From the human T2T-CHM13v2.0 reference genome, Homo sapiens, in NCBI RefSeq assembly GCF_009914755.1, contig NC_060933.1: DNA of 64,000 nt; one strand, 5' to 3'. Position 1 is the first letter of the stretch. Each line of letters opens with the position of its first letter. A model generated the notes under the pieces. It was not told where the DNA came from. It did no database searches and worked only from the letters and a program-made list of their open reading frames with translations. Position numbers and translations under genes: made by a program. Shown piece after piece: positions 1-17,377 of the stretch.

Positions 1-1259
1 AATATCAAGTAAAAATGTAATGTATTTATTTTTAGAAGTTATAAAATAAAGTAAAGCATATAGAATAAAATAAAAACCAGTCTTAACTTTATAACCCTAA
101 AATAACACTTTGATATATGTATGTCTATGCGTATTCTTCTATTACAGCTTCTTTGAGGTATAATTAAATATGATAAACTGTACATAAAGTGTATAATTTA
201 TAAGTTTTGATACATATACACACAAATGATACGTATATCACTGCAAGTAAGCATGTCTTTCACTTCTAAAACTTTCCTTTTGCCCCTTTATAATTCCTTC
301 CTCCCATCCTAACATTGAGAAGCAGCCAGTGATTTCTGTCATGATAGATTGGCTTGAATTTTCTAGAATTTTATACAAAAGAAATTATATGTGCACTCTT
401 TTTTGTCTGGCTTATTTCAATCAGCATAATTATTTTGAAATTCACCCATGTTGTGGCCTGTATCAATTTCATTGTATAGATTTATCACTTGTTTATCTAT
501 CTACTTGTTAATGGACATTTGGACGATTTGAGGTCTTTGGATGTTACAGATAAAGTTGCTATCGACATTTGTGTACATGTACTTTCATTTTCTTGGGTAA
601 ATATCTAGGAATGTAGTGGCTGGATCATATAGTAGGTGTATGTTTAACTTTTTAAAAAATTGACAAAATATCTTCCAAAGTGGTTATACCATTTTATATT
701 CCTACCAGTGATTTGTCAGTTCCAATTCCTCCACATGCTTGCCAAAAGTTGATATGGTCAGTCTTTTAAATTTTAGTCCCTCTGAAAGGTGTGTAGTATC
801 TATATTGTCATGGTTTTAATTTGCATTTCTTTAATGACTGCTGATGTTGAACATCTTTTAACATGTTTATTTACCATCAGTCTATCTTTTTTGGAGATGT
901 GTTTGCTCAAATCTTTTGCCCATTTATTGTTATTAATTTCTTATTATTGAGTTTTGACAGCCCTTTGTGTGTTCTGGAAACAAGTTCTTTATCAGATATG
1001 TTATTTGCAAATATTTTCTGCCATTCTGCAGGATATCCTTGCATTCTCTTAACAATGCCTTTCGAAGTCAAGGCCTTAATTTTGAGGAAGCCCAATTTAT
1101 TAATTCTTTCTTAAGTGGACCATGCTTATGATGTTGTATCATAGTTACTTTCACCCAACCCAAAGATTTTCCCATACAAATTTTACAGTGTTAGGTTTTA
1201 CATTTATATCCATTTCAAGTTATTTTTTGCATGTGATTTGAGTTTTGAATTGATGCTGA

Positions 1260-1556
1260 TTTTTTTTTTTTTTTAAATAGAGTCTTGCAATGTCACCCAG
1301 GCTGAGTGCAGTGGCAAAATGACGGCTCCCTGCAGCCTTGAACTCCCAGGCTCAAGCGATCCTCAGCATCAACCTTCCAAGTAGCTGGGACTACAGGCAT
1401 GTGTCACCAAGCCTGGCTATTTTGTTTAAATTTTTGTAGGGGTAGAGTCTTGCTTGCTTTGTTGCCCAGGTTAGTCTCAAACTTCTGGGCTCAAGCGATC
1501 CTCCCACCTCAGGCTTTCAAAATGCTGGGATTACAGGCATGAGCAACTACAGCCAG
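1260..1556 (-). mobile_element. AluJ-like SINE
   Basis: Poly-T followed by antisense Alu dimer with J-type 'ggctcaagcgatcct'; TSD ttgatgctgatttttt / ttgaagttgatttttt. Confidence 0.92.
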
Positions 1557-2218
1557 TTGAAGTTGATTTTTTAAATATGGATTTCAAATTGTTCCAGCAC
1601 CATTTGTTGAAAAGTCTGTGCTTTCTTTACTGGATTGTCTTTGTATCTTTGTCAAAAATCAACTGATGATGTACGTGTGGATTTATTACTGGACTCTTTA
1701 TTCCGTTTCACCTATTTGTTGATCCTGATGCCCCACCACAGTGTCTTGACTACTGTAGGTTTGTACTAAGTTTTAAAGTCAGGCTATGTAAGTCCTTTAA
1801 CTATGTTCTTCTTAAAAGCTTGTTTTGGTTATTCTAGGCCATTTGCACTTCCTTACAAATTACATAATTGGCTTGTCAAATTCTATAAGGATGTCTCCTG
1901 GAATTTTGATTGGGTTTGCGTTGAATCTATACATCAATTTGAAAAGAATTAACATCTTAATATTAAGTCTTCGGATCCATGAACACAGTATATCTTTCTA
2001 TTGATTTACGTCTCTTTTTTAGTTTCTCTTAGCAATGTTTTTGTAGTTTTCAGCATGCAAGTCTTGCATATCTTTTATCAGATGTTTTAAGTGTTTCACA
2101 CATTTTGCTGCTGTCGTAATGGAAATTAAAAAATTTCCATTTCTAATTATTTGTTGCTAGTATATACAAATGCAGTTGGGTGCTGAATATTGAACTTGAT
2201 AAATTTACTTAGTAGTAG

Positions 2219-2288
2219 TCCCCTTCCCTTTCCCTCCTCTCCCCTCCCCTCCTCCTCTCCTCTCCTTTTTTCTCCTCTCTTCTTCCCA
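2219..2288. repeat. CT-rich low-complexity/microsatellite tract
   Basis: cccttccctttccctcctctcccctccc... pure pyrimidine run. Confidence 0.85.
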
Positions 2289-3479
2289 TATTGGGATTTT
2301 CTACATAAACAATCATGTTGTCTTGGGATAAAGACAGTTTTACTTCTTCAGTTAGAACATCTTGTACCATGTTAATAGGCATGGTAAGAGTAGACATTCT
2401 AAGTTTATTCCTGATTTTAGGGGAAAAACTGTTATATTTTTCTTCGTTATAATTTACAAAAGTTGCTTATTCCTGGAAGTAACAATTAGGTCATGTTTTC
2501 AGCAATCAATATATGTGTTTAATATAATTTAGCTTTGAAACCAATTTTACCGTAATTAATAAGAGAGATGCTGGAATTTGTTCTCTTTCAGGATGTAGCA
2601 GAATGCATGTAAATATTTAAGGATAGGGAGGCAAGATAGTAACTACTTTCTGATAATAAACATGTCTTTTTTATTAAAAATGTAAATTATGTTTGAAGGG
2701 GCTAGCAGTAATATATTAATAAAGTAGTATTTGTAGTAGCTGAGGATCAGTTGAAATTGGGCAGAAGTACTGATTCTCATGGGATTAGCAAAAATTTTTG
2801 CTCCATAACATTCACATTCTACTGGACAAAAGACAATAAGACTGTCCAAATCTACAAAGCTGCTCTTTTCTAGGCTGCATACTTCAAATGCTGACCATGG
2901 TAGCAGACCCTGATTTGAGCCTAAGAAATCTTTGTCATGAGCCCGGATGGGGAAAACCTACTTCATAACATTTCTTTGTCCTTGGAGTTTTGCTGTCAGA
3001 CCCAGCAGAGTTCAAACATTTACTGAAGAGTAAAACGATATTTTCTTCGTATGGTTTTCTCATCCTTGGTAACCATGGGGTTTGTCATCTATCAACAAGG
3101 ATCGCTTGCACTGTCCTTGAAAGGCACTTTGGCCCAGAGGATAAAAAGCTCTTAAAAACACTGCCTAGAATTCATCATATATAATTGAAACTTCTGGTAG
3201 TTCCAAGAGGATTATTTAAAGCGCTGTCAGAGATCTCCAAGAAGCTAAAAAACACTGCATGTGACACAATGTCTGCACCAGCTAAAAAGGCTCAACTATT
3301 GGAAGGTCTCCTCTTGATTATGAGAATATTAACTGAGGGTGTGGCTATCTTGTATGCAAGAAATGAGTAAAATGAGTCAAGCTCTCCTCTCCCTATCGTC
3401 ACCTTATACTTTGTCTTTCAACTCTTGGTCATCCTTCAGGTCTGTCTGCAACTCCTTCCTCAACAAGGGTTGGAAGATC

Positions 3480-3765
3480 CTCCTTTCTATTATATTAGCA
3501 ACTAGTGCTTCCCTTAACACACAATTGCTGTCTGTATTAAAATTGCCTCTCCACTTGTTTGATTATCCCACTAAGCTAAAAAGTATTTGAGGTTCCTTAC
3601 TCTATCCAACTGATTCATCATTCTGCCACTAGCAACCAGCCACTGTGCCTAGCCTATAGTTGGCACAGAATAGACACTTGTTGGATGAATGAAGCAGCAA
3701 CAGTGCCTAGCCTATAATTGGCACAGAATAGACACTTGCTGGATAACATATGAATGGATAAGTGC
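3480..3765 (+). mobile_element. L2 3' end with internal 58-bp tandem duplication
   Basis: L2-tail-like 'cagtgcctag...tggcacagaatagacacttgttggatgaatgaa' occurs twice (3637 and 3695). Confidence 0.65.
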
Positions 3766-4479
3766 ATAGAGCAGTCCCTGAGTGGGTAGCAGTATTTTAA
3801 TTCTCAAATAAAAGAAATAAGACAAAGTTCTCCTTGCTTATGGATTGATTTCATTGATGAAGGATGAGCGTTTGAAAAGTAAGTAAAGGAATAACTCCAG
3901 AGTTTAGAAAGACAGGAAGACAACCGTTGCTAAAGATCAGAAGAGGCTATCCTAGGAATTATGAAGGTTTGCAGTGAGGTGACCTATTTGTGACTGGGGG
4001 TCCAGAACATGACTTAAGCATGGCTTCTGTAATCTCAAGTATAGATATAGTTGTGATCTAATCAGCAGGTTGATGCATGGATGTGGGACACTATGCTAAC
4101 GATGCCATCTGTTACAAAACTTTAGAATGTTCTGACAAAAAAGGGAAGGGAATGCTGCTTGTTCCCATTTGTAAGTAACCATTTATTCATACAATAGTGG
4201 TCACCTTGAAATGTTTCTTACCTTTCTCAACCATGCCATTGTAGTTTGGGGCATTATAAGTTAGAGAGCTGGTGCTCTTTTGGTATCTTTAAGTTTCCTG
4301 AAATGTTCTGTTCATGTGTCCAAATTACTTTTACCCTCATTTTTCTTTGGATTTTCTCAATTGGGTGGGCCCCAGTGTTAGACCTCAGCTAGAACTCAGC
4401 AACATGTACCCAAGGGTTGGGAAGAAAATAGTTACAACTGGCATATAGCAAATCTATCATTTGAAGTATTTATTTATTT

Positions 4480-5040
4480 ATATTTTTGAAATAGCTGTAT
4501 TACTCAACTCTCTTATTTTAGTATTTCAGTTGATGGTCTTAGATTTTTTTCAGATAGATATTTTTAATTATATGCAAGTAAGGATAAAGTCTCTCCTGTT
4601 TCTTAATATTATGATTTTTTGTTTTTTATTTCTAGTGGTCTCATTTAACTGTCTAAAACTACCAGAAGGATATTAAAATATTAGTTGTGATGCTGGCCAT
4701 TTTTATCTCCTTCTTTATATTAATCAAAATATTCTTAGTGTTTTATATTTAAGTATTGTATTTCTGATTAATTTGGTTATAGATATTCCATATCAAATTA
4801 AAGTATATCTTTCTATTTCTAGGACATATACTTAAAATTTTATCAATTGCTTTAAAAAAATCTATTGAGGCAATCAGATGGCTTTCTCCTTTGACCCACT
4901 AATGTGATGAATTATAGATTTCCTAATATTGAGCCACAATTGCATTTATTCCTGGAATGAAGCCTATTTTATCATGGCGTATTAGTCCTTTAATATCCTG
5001 GCAGACTTGATTTTCTTATATTTTATTAATGATATATTTA
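4480..5040 (-). mobile_element. Ancient L1M ORF2 fragment
   Basis: 'tctattgaggcaatcagatgg...ttgagccacaattgcatttattcctggaatgaagcc' parallels antisense L1 RT region. Confidence 0.65.
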
Positions 5041-5644
5041 TAGTTATGATTGCCTAGGAGACTGAGAGTTGACCTCACAGCTGGTATGCCATGGCCATCT
5101 CTTTCTTCTGACCACTGAAGCTCAGGGCTGGGCTGGGGAGGCTGTTTGTCAATTTTTCCTTGGATTCTGGCCACTTTCTTCCGACAGATTGTGTTCCATT
5201 TTTGCTTTATTTTATTCTCATCTACTGTCAATGTAGCAGAATTTTCTTGAAACTTCACTCCCGGTTTCTTCTAATTCAGATTGCTCTTTTGTTTCCTTTC
5301 TTTTCTATTTTCCTTTAGATTTTACTCATCAGAAATTGGGAAAGGGTGGGGTAGGTAAAACCCATTTTATTAATCTAAAAGCCCCTGATCTTATTCATCA
5401 AGTCCAGGAGTGACAAGCCAAAAAAAAACATAGTATTTTCATTAAATTCACATTTAAGACTGTAGCATTTCTAAAATCAGGTATTAGCTTTCAAAATTTT
5501 CTTGATGGTATCCTCTGCCAGGGAGAAACAAGTATCACTGAACTTTTTCCCTAGGAGGTGAGAATAGCTCAATGGTTGGCCTAACATTGCAGCTGAGGAA
5601 GCTGGCATGGCTCTTGAGTGCTAAGTCTTGTGCCTGGAGTAGTG

Positions 5645-5768
5645 TTTTCTTTGGAGATGGGGTGTTGCTGTGTTGCTCAGGCTGGTCTTGAATTACTGGG
5701 CTCAAGCAATTCTCCTGCCACAGCCTCCCAAGTAGCTGGGATTATAGGTACATGCCATTGTGCCCAGC
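5645..5768 (-). mobile_element. Free Alu monomer (FLAM-like)
   Basis: ~125-bp antisense monomer; TSD tggagtagtgtttt / tggagtagtatttt. Confidence 0.85.
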
Positions 5769-5804
5769 TTTGGAGTAGTATTTTTAATTTTAAGACTTGT
5801 TTGT

Positions 5805-9674
<3,870 letters not shown>

Positions 9675-10414
9675 TAGAGTTCTATCTGGTTTTATATGCT
9701 GTAGTATTGTGCTTTACACAATACTTTCCGAACCCTGAGTAAACTTGCTATTAAGCCTTGAAATATCTGGAAGAGCATAAAAATACAATACTCATCAAGA
9801 ACACAATTATACCAGTAGTCAGCTATAATCACCAAGGGTGTTCAACGCTATTGCTAAATAACACTTTACCATCTGCATGGTTCACCTGGGAAATGGCCCA
9901 TACAGAGTCCACTTTGGACATCCCACATGTGGGGTCTGCACACTTCTCTGCAGGATCTCCCTTCTTTTTCCTTTTCTCTCTCCTAGCCTTCTGGCTCCTG
10001 CTTTCTTCAATTGGTGCTTCTTGTAGTCAAGGCCAGAGAGGCAAATCCTAGCATCCCTCCTGGGAATGGTATTGGGGACCTTTCTGGCCACGGCTTTGGG
10101 GTTCTTTAGGATAGATCATCAATTTGACAAATAAAGCTTTCTCTGCTTTCAATAATGTAAATGTACTGTTTATCAAAAGAAAGGTTTCTGTACCAGGAGT
10201 GAGTATCTGGAGGGATGAAGGATATAGAGACCCTTCCTGTCACATATTTCCGGATATGTGGGTCATTTTGACAGGGAACTTTACAGAGCATAGCAAGTCT
10301 GAATGGATAGATGTTTCACCCATGGGTCTCTGGAACCAGGGTGTTGAATTTGTTTCCCCATAGCCATTGGGTAACAGTCTAGACAGTAGTTTGAGGGCTT
10401 TTGTTTTTGTTGGT

Positions 10415-10590
10415 CCCTCTGTCCCTGGATGACCTTGGGCAAATGCATTTGCTTCTCCACCTGTAAAAGGAAGGTAATTGTGCTGTCTGCTCCATTCCAG
10501 AGCTGTTGGCAAGACGGATGTGAATGTGTCCATTAAGAGCTCTGAGCATCTTTGAGAAGGGTGGTTTGTAATTACAAGGTGTTACTATCA
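10415..10590 (+). mobile_element. Very old CORE-SINE (MIR3/MIR1_Amn-like)
   Basis: Core 'tgaccttgggcaa...cacctgtaaaaggaaggtaat' plus tail 'gagctctgagcatctttgagaaggg...tacaaggtgttact'. Confidence 0.5.
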
Positions 10591-10834
10591 CTGCTGCTGT
10601 TAGGTGCATGGAGATTGTGATAGCTGGAACTAAATCAGCTGCAGCTGCTTGTCTCTTACCTTCAGCCTTAATGCTTCCTATCTCTCACACAGCCTATAAG
10701 CAAATAAATACATATTTTTTCCCAAGTCACCCTGCCTTCAAATGAATCAGGGCTGACTCCTGCCTTACACCCTTGAACCTGGTTTCTTCGGTTGGGTGTG
10801 TAGTGCAGTGGATTGTTTTCATGGCCAGACAACC

Positions 10835-11003
10835 CCAGGCTTCACTGCTTTCCAGCAGAGTGACCTTGGACCTGTTACTTAACCTCTCTAAGGCTCAGTA
10901 TCTTCACCGGTAATTTTGGGTTACTTACATCTATTGTATGAATTAAATGATATTAACTGTCCAAAACACTTGGCAAACAGAAGGTGCTCAATAAATGTTA
11001 GCA
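10835..11003 (+). mobile_element. MIR SINE
   Basis: 'gtgaccttggacctgttacttaacctctct...gtgctcaataaatgttagc'. Confidence 0.8.
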
Positions 11004-11218
11004 TTTTGAAATTTCATTTTCTTTTATTCTCTCACTTTTTGGTCCTAGCACTAATGTGACATGTGCATTTCTATCTCAGCAACTTGCAGAGAGAAGATGG
11101 CATTGATGTTTTTTGTGCTTAGAATATATGGTATTATTTTGGAAAATTTTATTGTGAATTATTAAGTCTGCATTCTCAATGTCCTCAAAGTAATTTAAAC
11201 AAAGCAAATGTATAAAAG

Positions 11219-11770
11219 TGTATTAGACAGGGTTCTCTAGAAGCACAGAACTAATAGGATAGATGTATATATGAAAGGGAGTTTATTAAGGAGAATTGAC
11301 TCACACAATCACAAGGGAAAGTTTCACGATAGGCTGTCTGTAGGTTCAGGAGCAGGAAAGCCAGTAGTGGATCAGTCTGAGTCCCAAAACCTCAAAAACA
11401 GGGAGGCCAATGGTGCAGCCTTTGGTTTGTGGCCAAAGACCCGAGAGCCCTGGCAAACCACTGGTGTAAGTCCATGAGTTCAAAAGCTGAAGAATTTGGA
11501 GTCTGGTGTTCGAAGGCAGGAAGCATCCAGTGTGGTAGAAAGATGAAGGCTGGAAGACCCAGCAAGTCTAGTCCTTCCACGTTCTTCCTCTCTGCTTTAT
11601 CCTAGCCATGCTGGCAGCTGATTAGATGGTGCCCACCCAGATTGAGGGTGGGTCTGCCTCCACTGACTCAAATGTTAACCTCCTTTGGCAACACCCCCAC
11701 AGATATACCCAGGAACAATACTTTGCATCCTTCAATCCAATCAAGTTGACACTCAGTGTTAACCATCACA
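11219..11770 (-). mobile_element. MLT2A2-like solo LTR (HERV-L)
   Basis: TG...CA termini; antisense 'tgtattagacagggttctctaga...ttgacactcagtgttaaccatcaca'; 552 bp. Confidence 0.9.
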
Positions 11771-12264
11771 GCAAATACTCTGTGGCATTTATTTTCAATA
11801 GCTTGAGTGCCCTCACATGCTCTTAATAGAAAGCAAAAGCTGCGGAAGCTGGCCTGGCTGTTAGGAGGTGCTATTTAAAGCCTCAGTGGGACAAAAATGA
11901 CAATTTTAAAATTGATTGTGGAGTGTGATGATGCCAAGTAGTAGCAGAAGCCCAGGAAACCTGTCACATGGCAAATGTGTTACCAAAAGCCTTGAGTCTA
12001 CAGAGGTTTTAGAAGAGTTTTATTCACAGGGAGCTTTTGCCATATTAATCTCCAGATTTCACTTGTGCTGTGGATGGAACGTGCCACTGCAGAGGAATCT
12101 CAGGCTGCAAGCTGGGGATCTGGATAGGCGGGGTTTCCCCTGTGTAGAAATCTTTGCCAGGCTTCCAGCTGAGCTTAGCTACATGGCAGGTTTATGCCTG
12201 GGAATAAATGATTTCCTTGAGAAGTGGCTGTTTTTGCTGCACACAGTTGTTTTACAGCAGTTTG

Positions 12265-12450
12265 GAAGCCTGCTCTGCCTCTGACTAGCTTGTAGGGTAA
12301 CATAGTCCCTGAATCTCAGTTTCACTGTAAAATGGGGATAGTGATACTGATCGTGTGGTACTTTAAAAAAAATTTGTGGCAAGGTATGTAAAGTTCCTAC
12401 ATTGGTGTTTGACCTATGGAAGGTATATGGATACATTTCTGCTGTTATCA
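12265..12450 (+). mobile_element. MIR SINE fragment
   Basis: 'ctgaatctcagtttcactgtaaaatggggatagtgata'. Confidence 0.7.
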
Positions 12451-12481
12451 TTTTTGGTAAGATTAATACAAAAATAATCAT

Positions 12482-12988
12482 TGTGGTAGGCAGAATAATG
12501 GCCCTCCAAAGATGTCAACATCCTAATCCCTGGAAACTGTGAATATGTTACTTTTCATGGCAAGAGGAACTTGGCGAATATCATTAAATTAAGAACATTT
12601 AAATTGGGAGATTATCCTGGATTATCTGGGTGGCCACAATCTTATCACAGGCCCCCTTAAAAGTGGAGAAACTTTTCCTGCTGTGGCCAGGGGAAAAGAT
12701 GTGAGGACAGAGTAGAGTCAGAGACATGCTATATTGCTGGATTTGAAGATGGAAGGAGGGGGCCTAGAAGCCAAGGAATGTGGGTGGTCTCTAAAGGCTA
12801 GAAAAGGCAAGGAGATGATTCTCTCCTAGAGACTGTAGAAGGAACCAGCTCTACCAACCCCTTGATTTTAGTCCAGGGAGATCCATGTCAGACTTCTGAG
12901 ACATAGAACTATAAGGGAATATATTTGTGTTGTTTTAAGCCACTAAGTTTGTGGTGATTTGTTATAGCAGCAATAGAAAACTAATACA
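12482..12988 (+). mobile_element. MLT1D-like MaLR solo LTR
   Basis: 'tgtggtaggcagaataatggcc...gcagcaatagaaaactaataca'. Confidence 0.88.
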
Positions 12989-13344
12989 GAATTAGAGACT
13001 GTCAAGAGTTTGTGCCATTGTAGAAAGGATGAGGCTCACAGTGCTCTGTATCTGGACAAGCTAGTAGGGTCTGTGCTCAATTCTAGTCCCTTTGAGCTCA
13101 GTAAGAGTCTTTGAAACCCTACCAGTTTCTCTTCTGGGCAAGAGATGTGGTTTGCTTCGTAAGAGCTGAAATGCTTTATTAGACTCAAAAGAATTTGAAT
13201 CTAGTCTGAAAAAGTCACGTTACTGATATTTGAAAGTTTGGAATTACCATAATCACACAAATCTCTTGTTTCCACTGTGAATAAATAGCAATAGAGTTTT
13301 GCCTCATTTTAGGTTATCATTCTGTGGATTGAAAACAAAAAAAC

Positions 13345-13680
13345 AGCCTAAAATTTGGAGTCAGTAGATGTGGCTCTGAGTCTCACTGTTCTGGAAAAAT
13401 AAATCATATAATCTCCAATCTCGATTGTAGCATGGGGATGATAGCACCTGATTTATCTATCTGTTGTGTGAGTCAAAGGTAATGTGAGTGAAGATGCACT
13501 GAGAACTGGCCCTCTACACAAACGTCAGGTGTAATAATTATTATATTTATTATTAGTAGTATTATGTTGTCATAGAACCATGGAATGTTAGATCAAGGAA
13601 GGTCATTAGATGTCATTTAACCCACAAGCCTTGGTGAGGTTAAATAACTTAAAAATGTTCTCTTGGCTCTATAGTGTCCA
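13345..13680. mobile_element. Degenerate MIR/MIR3 fragments (opposite orientations)
   Basis: 'tttggagtcagtagatgtggctctgagtctc' and antisense 'catagaaccatggaatgttaga...gtcattagatgtcatttaa'. Confidence 0.5.
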
Positions 13681-14423
13681 CTTTGAGACATGGCTTGAAT
13701 AATCTTTGGGAAGGGGCCAGGCTGGGAGCTTGATCTCACTTAAATGGTACAGGCTGGGAGTGGGAAGGGATACAGTTGTAAGAATTAAGAGGCCAAAAGA
13801 TCTGGTCATAGAATTGGCAATGAGTTGGGAGGGATTGGCAATGGGAAAGGATGGCCAGGTGGGGCTCAGTCATTTGGGGAAGTAAAGAGTAGAGTGGAAT
13901 GAAGTGGCACCAGTTATGGAGAGGAGCCATTTGCTGAGTGGGTAATCAAAAATGGCCTTGTAGTTAGTGAAACTAGGAACATAACTTCGTGCTTCTGACT
14001 CAAGTCTTGTGTTCTGCTCAGTATATACAGCTGAATATTATCTTAAATTCAGTGCAAATTCCGTTTATATCTGAATATTAGTGCAAAGTTATTTAATTAT
14101 CACTTGAAACTGCTTTATATGTGGCTTCTAATGATTCTTCACCTGGCTTTTTGAAGGGATAAAAGATGGACTTATTCTGAATTTTGTTCAAAGATTAAAG
14201 TATTGTGATCAGATTCCAATGAATGGCCTGCTTCATCAGGTCATTTATATGTGATAATTTCAAGTTCCCAGCACTTGAATCTGTAATCTATGGTCCTGAA
14301 CAGTTCTGTCTTAATGTCCAGATATACCACAGATAGTAAGGCAAAAAACCCCCCATACAAACAAAAGTTCTTTACAGGGCAGTAGGAATTCTATATCATT
14401 TCTGGCTCTCACGGTCTCCTTAA

Positions 14424-14530
14424 TGTACACATACTCACATAAATACATACACGCCTCACAGACCACATATGCACACACACACCATGTGTGTACACATTCG
14501 CATTTGCACACATATCACACATGCACACAC
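14424..14530. repeat. Degenerate (CA)n/(CATA)n tract
   Basis: acacatactcacataaatacatacac... Confidence 0.7.
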
Positions 14531-15219
14531 TGTTGAAGAGAATTATGATATCACCGGTTTTGGGACCCTTCGTATATTTTGTTTTCAGGATAATACACTG
14601 AAGTTCAGTGTATTACTCTGAATTTTATCCCAATGTATAAATTTTATCACAATGTATGCTATATAGAAATGTGACCCATATGCAATTTGTTTTCCTAGAT
14701 TGTATGAAATGGCCATTTGCAAAAGAATATAGTGCAAGATGGAAGAATGAAGTGACCACCTCTAGATTCTATTCTAACGGTAACAGTTCTTTGTAATTTT
14801 ATAAGGATGTAGAATCCAGAGAGCTTTTATTTTCACTAACTCATTGTATCCCCAACAGTCCTGTATAAATGACACTCAAAAAGATGAAGGGAATTGACCA
14901 AGGTGTCAGAGTTCAGTCTAAAAGAAAGGACAGCTGGCTTCTTTTTTATAATCATGAAGCTGCTTTCCTCAGCTAGTTGCTGAAGAACCCAGCAATAAAG
15001 ACAATTTAAGTGAGGCTTAACATTAATGTTTACATATAGATTATGTTAGGGTTTCCTAATCCTAGGTATTAAACATGTTTGCTATATAACAATGTAAAAA
15101 ATAGGGAAAATAGGAGGAAATTACCATTAGAGATGATGATTATCAACATTTTTATGTATTTATTTGAAAATGTTTTCTTTTTTTTTTTTTTTAAAAGATA
15201 TCATTATCAATTTTATTAA

Positions 15220-15352
15220 CGGAGAGGGAGGGCAGTAGGGGAGAGAGGATGGAGGGGAGAGAAAAGAGAAGGAGGAGACAGAATGAAAGAGAATGAAGAG
15301 AAAGAAGAGGAGGAAACGACAAAGAGGAAGAGAGGCAGCAAGGCACAGGGAA
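15220..15352. repeat. GA-rich low-complexity tract
   Basis: Purine run gagaggatggaggggagagaaaagagaagg... Confidence 0.75.
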
Positions 15353-15519
15353 ATGAATGTGGAGTTTTGTGTTTTAATTAACTTCAAGAACACTGGATTG
15401 GGAATACTCATAATAATTTATTAATATCCATCATTTGGAAACTAGAAAGGAAAATGTTTTCTATGCATAGAATTTCTTTGTCATTTTGTTTATTTATTAG
15501 GTAACACTGAAGAATAACT

Positions 15520-15800
15520 TTTCTTATATTTTCAAAAACATTTTGTCATACATTTCCAATGTTAAATTATCTTTAACATCATATTTAATAGTTGTAAAAT
15601 ATTCCACCAAGTGGTTGTACCATAATTCACTTAGCAATCCTTGTTTTATTATTTAGATTGCTTCCAGTTTTTTGCATATCCACATTTCGATTCAGTTTTT
15701 CAGGATAGATGTCAAGAATTCGGATTATTCTTGGCTAATTGCAAATTGAGTATTTTTAACCAAATTGCTTGTTAAAGTGTTATACCAATCTATTTTTCAT
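15520..15800 (-). mobile_element. Ancient L1M fragment
   Basis: 'aatattccaccaagtggttgtaccataattcacttagcaatcc...tttagattgcttccagtttttt'. Confidence 0.55.
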
Positions 15801-16240
15801 ATTGTAGAAATGAAGCAAATTTAAAATGGAATATTGTTCTTAAAATACCTGTGGCACAGGAAATTTCTAACTGGTCACCTTTTCCCTACAGGACCCAATG
15901 TCTTGTTCAGCTCCCTTCTGCCTACTACAAATTCCATCTCTAACCTTAGACTGCTCATCCCACCCACAAATTTCCATTAATTTCTAGGGCATAAGAGTTG
16001 GTTTTACTTTACTATAAGCCCTTAAGACCTCATCTTTGTCAATCAAAATAGGTTATCAAGTATTTTTATAAAAAAAGTTAGTTCCCTCCTTAAGAGGGAG
16101 CCAGCTATTAAGATTAATTTTTTTCAACACCCTGTATCACTCACAAATGCCTTGAAAACATTTATTTATTTGTTTGTTTAGGCTGATGGATTTCAGGATC
16201 TTAATATGGATAAAATTTCTAGTTACAAAAGGTATTCTAA

Positions 16241-16580
<340 letters not shown>

Positions 16581-16599
16581 AGATATTCTAAGGAGAGAA

Positions 16600-16762
16600 T
16601 CACCTGCAGGAAGTGGTGAGTTTTGTGCTACTGGAAATATCCAAGCAGAGGCTGGAGATCACTTGTCAGGACAATTGTAAATGGAATTCAAGCAACAGCT
16701 GACCATTGGCTAGAATAGATGACCTTGCAGATCCCTATGATATTGAGAGTCCATGAATTCAT
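16600..16762 (+). mobile_element. L3/CR1 3' end
   Basis: 'ggtgagttttgtgctactggaaatatccaagcagaggctgga...tagatgaccttgcagatccc...tccatga'. Confidence 0.65.
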
Positions 16763-17377
16763 AATTTTATATCTTCTCTAAATATTAAATCACTTATTTA
16801 TTGGTGTCCCTTTAATTACAGGCAGGTATAAATTGTTGGACTAATAGGTTGGATCTCATGTCATGTTGTTGCTTCACCTGCAGTTCCATGTGATCAGCTC
16901 TCTCTGGCAAGGTTCCTCTTGATGGAGTTCTTTCAGGTCATTTTTATGCCTCTGAGACATTTCAGCCCTTTTACTATTTTAGGAACACATTTCTAAATTA
17001 TACAAGTCTTTCCTGACACAAGGGCTGTAACACCTTGCCAAGAGGAATTCTCCATGAATGGAATAAATGAAGAGAGATAGCCTGAGAAATACGTGTCAGT
17101 GCAGCTGTTCTGAGTTCCCTGAATTTATCTCAGTTTGAAGCTAAGGATTCCTGATGCTCAGGCCACATGATGCTTTTTGTTTTTGGAGTTAGTTATATCG
17201 GAAGAACACTGGCACTTCAAACAGCATGGGGTTGGAGAGGAGCTGGCATGATAGCCAGCCCACATCCATCACCAAATCACCTTCACTGGATGTTCACATC
17301 ACCCACAACTTGGAATTCAGCATCACATTTCTGTTCAGAGTAGCTGAGGAACACAGTATCCTGATTTGATTATGTTA

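Larger units (their letters stand above)
135..2430 (-). mobile_element. Ancient L1M (L1MB/MC/ME-like) LINE-1 3' portion, interrupted by an Alu and a CT-rich microsatellite
   Basis: Antisense L1 3'UTR and ORF2 motifs; ORF 907-1095(-) 'EWQKIFANNISDKELVSR' resembles the ORF2p C-terminus; ORF 2209-2397(-) 'EEVKLSLSQDNMIVYVENP' is a degenerate RT '[19 protein letters not shown]' motif. Confidence 0.85.

Noticed and set aside
2990-3370. Two consecutive in-frame ORFs split by one stop
   Set aside because: No recognisable homology, non-ATG starts, no poly-A/TSD or exon structure; consistent with chance
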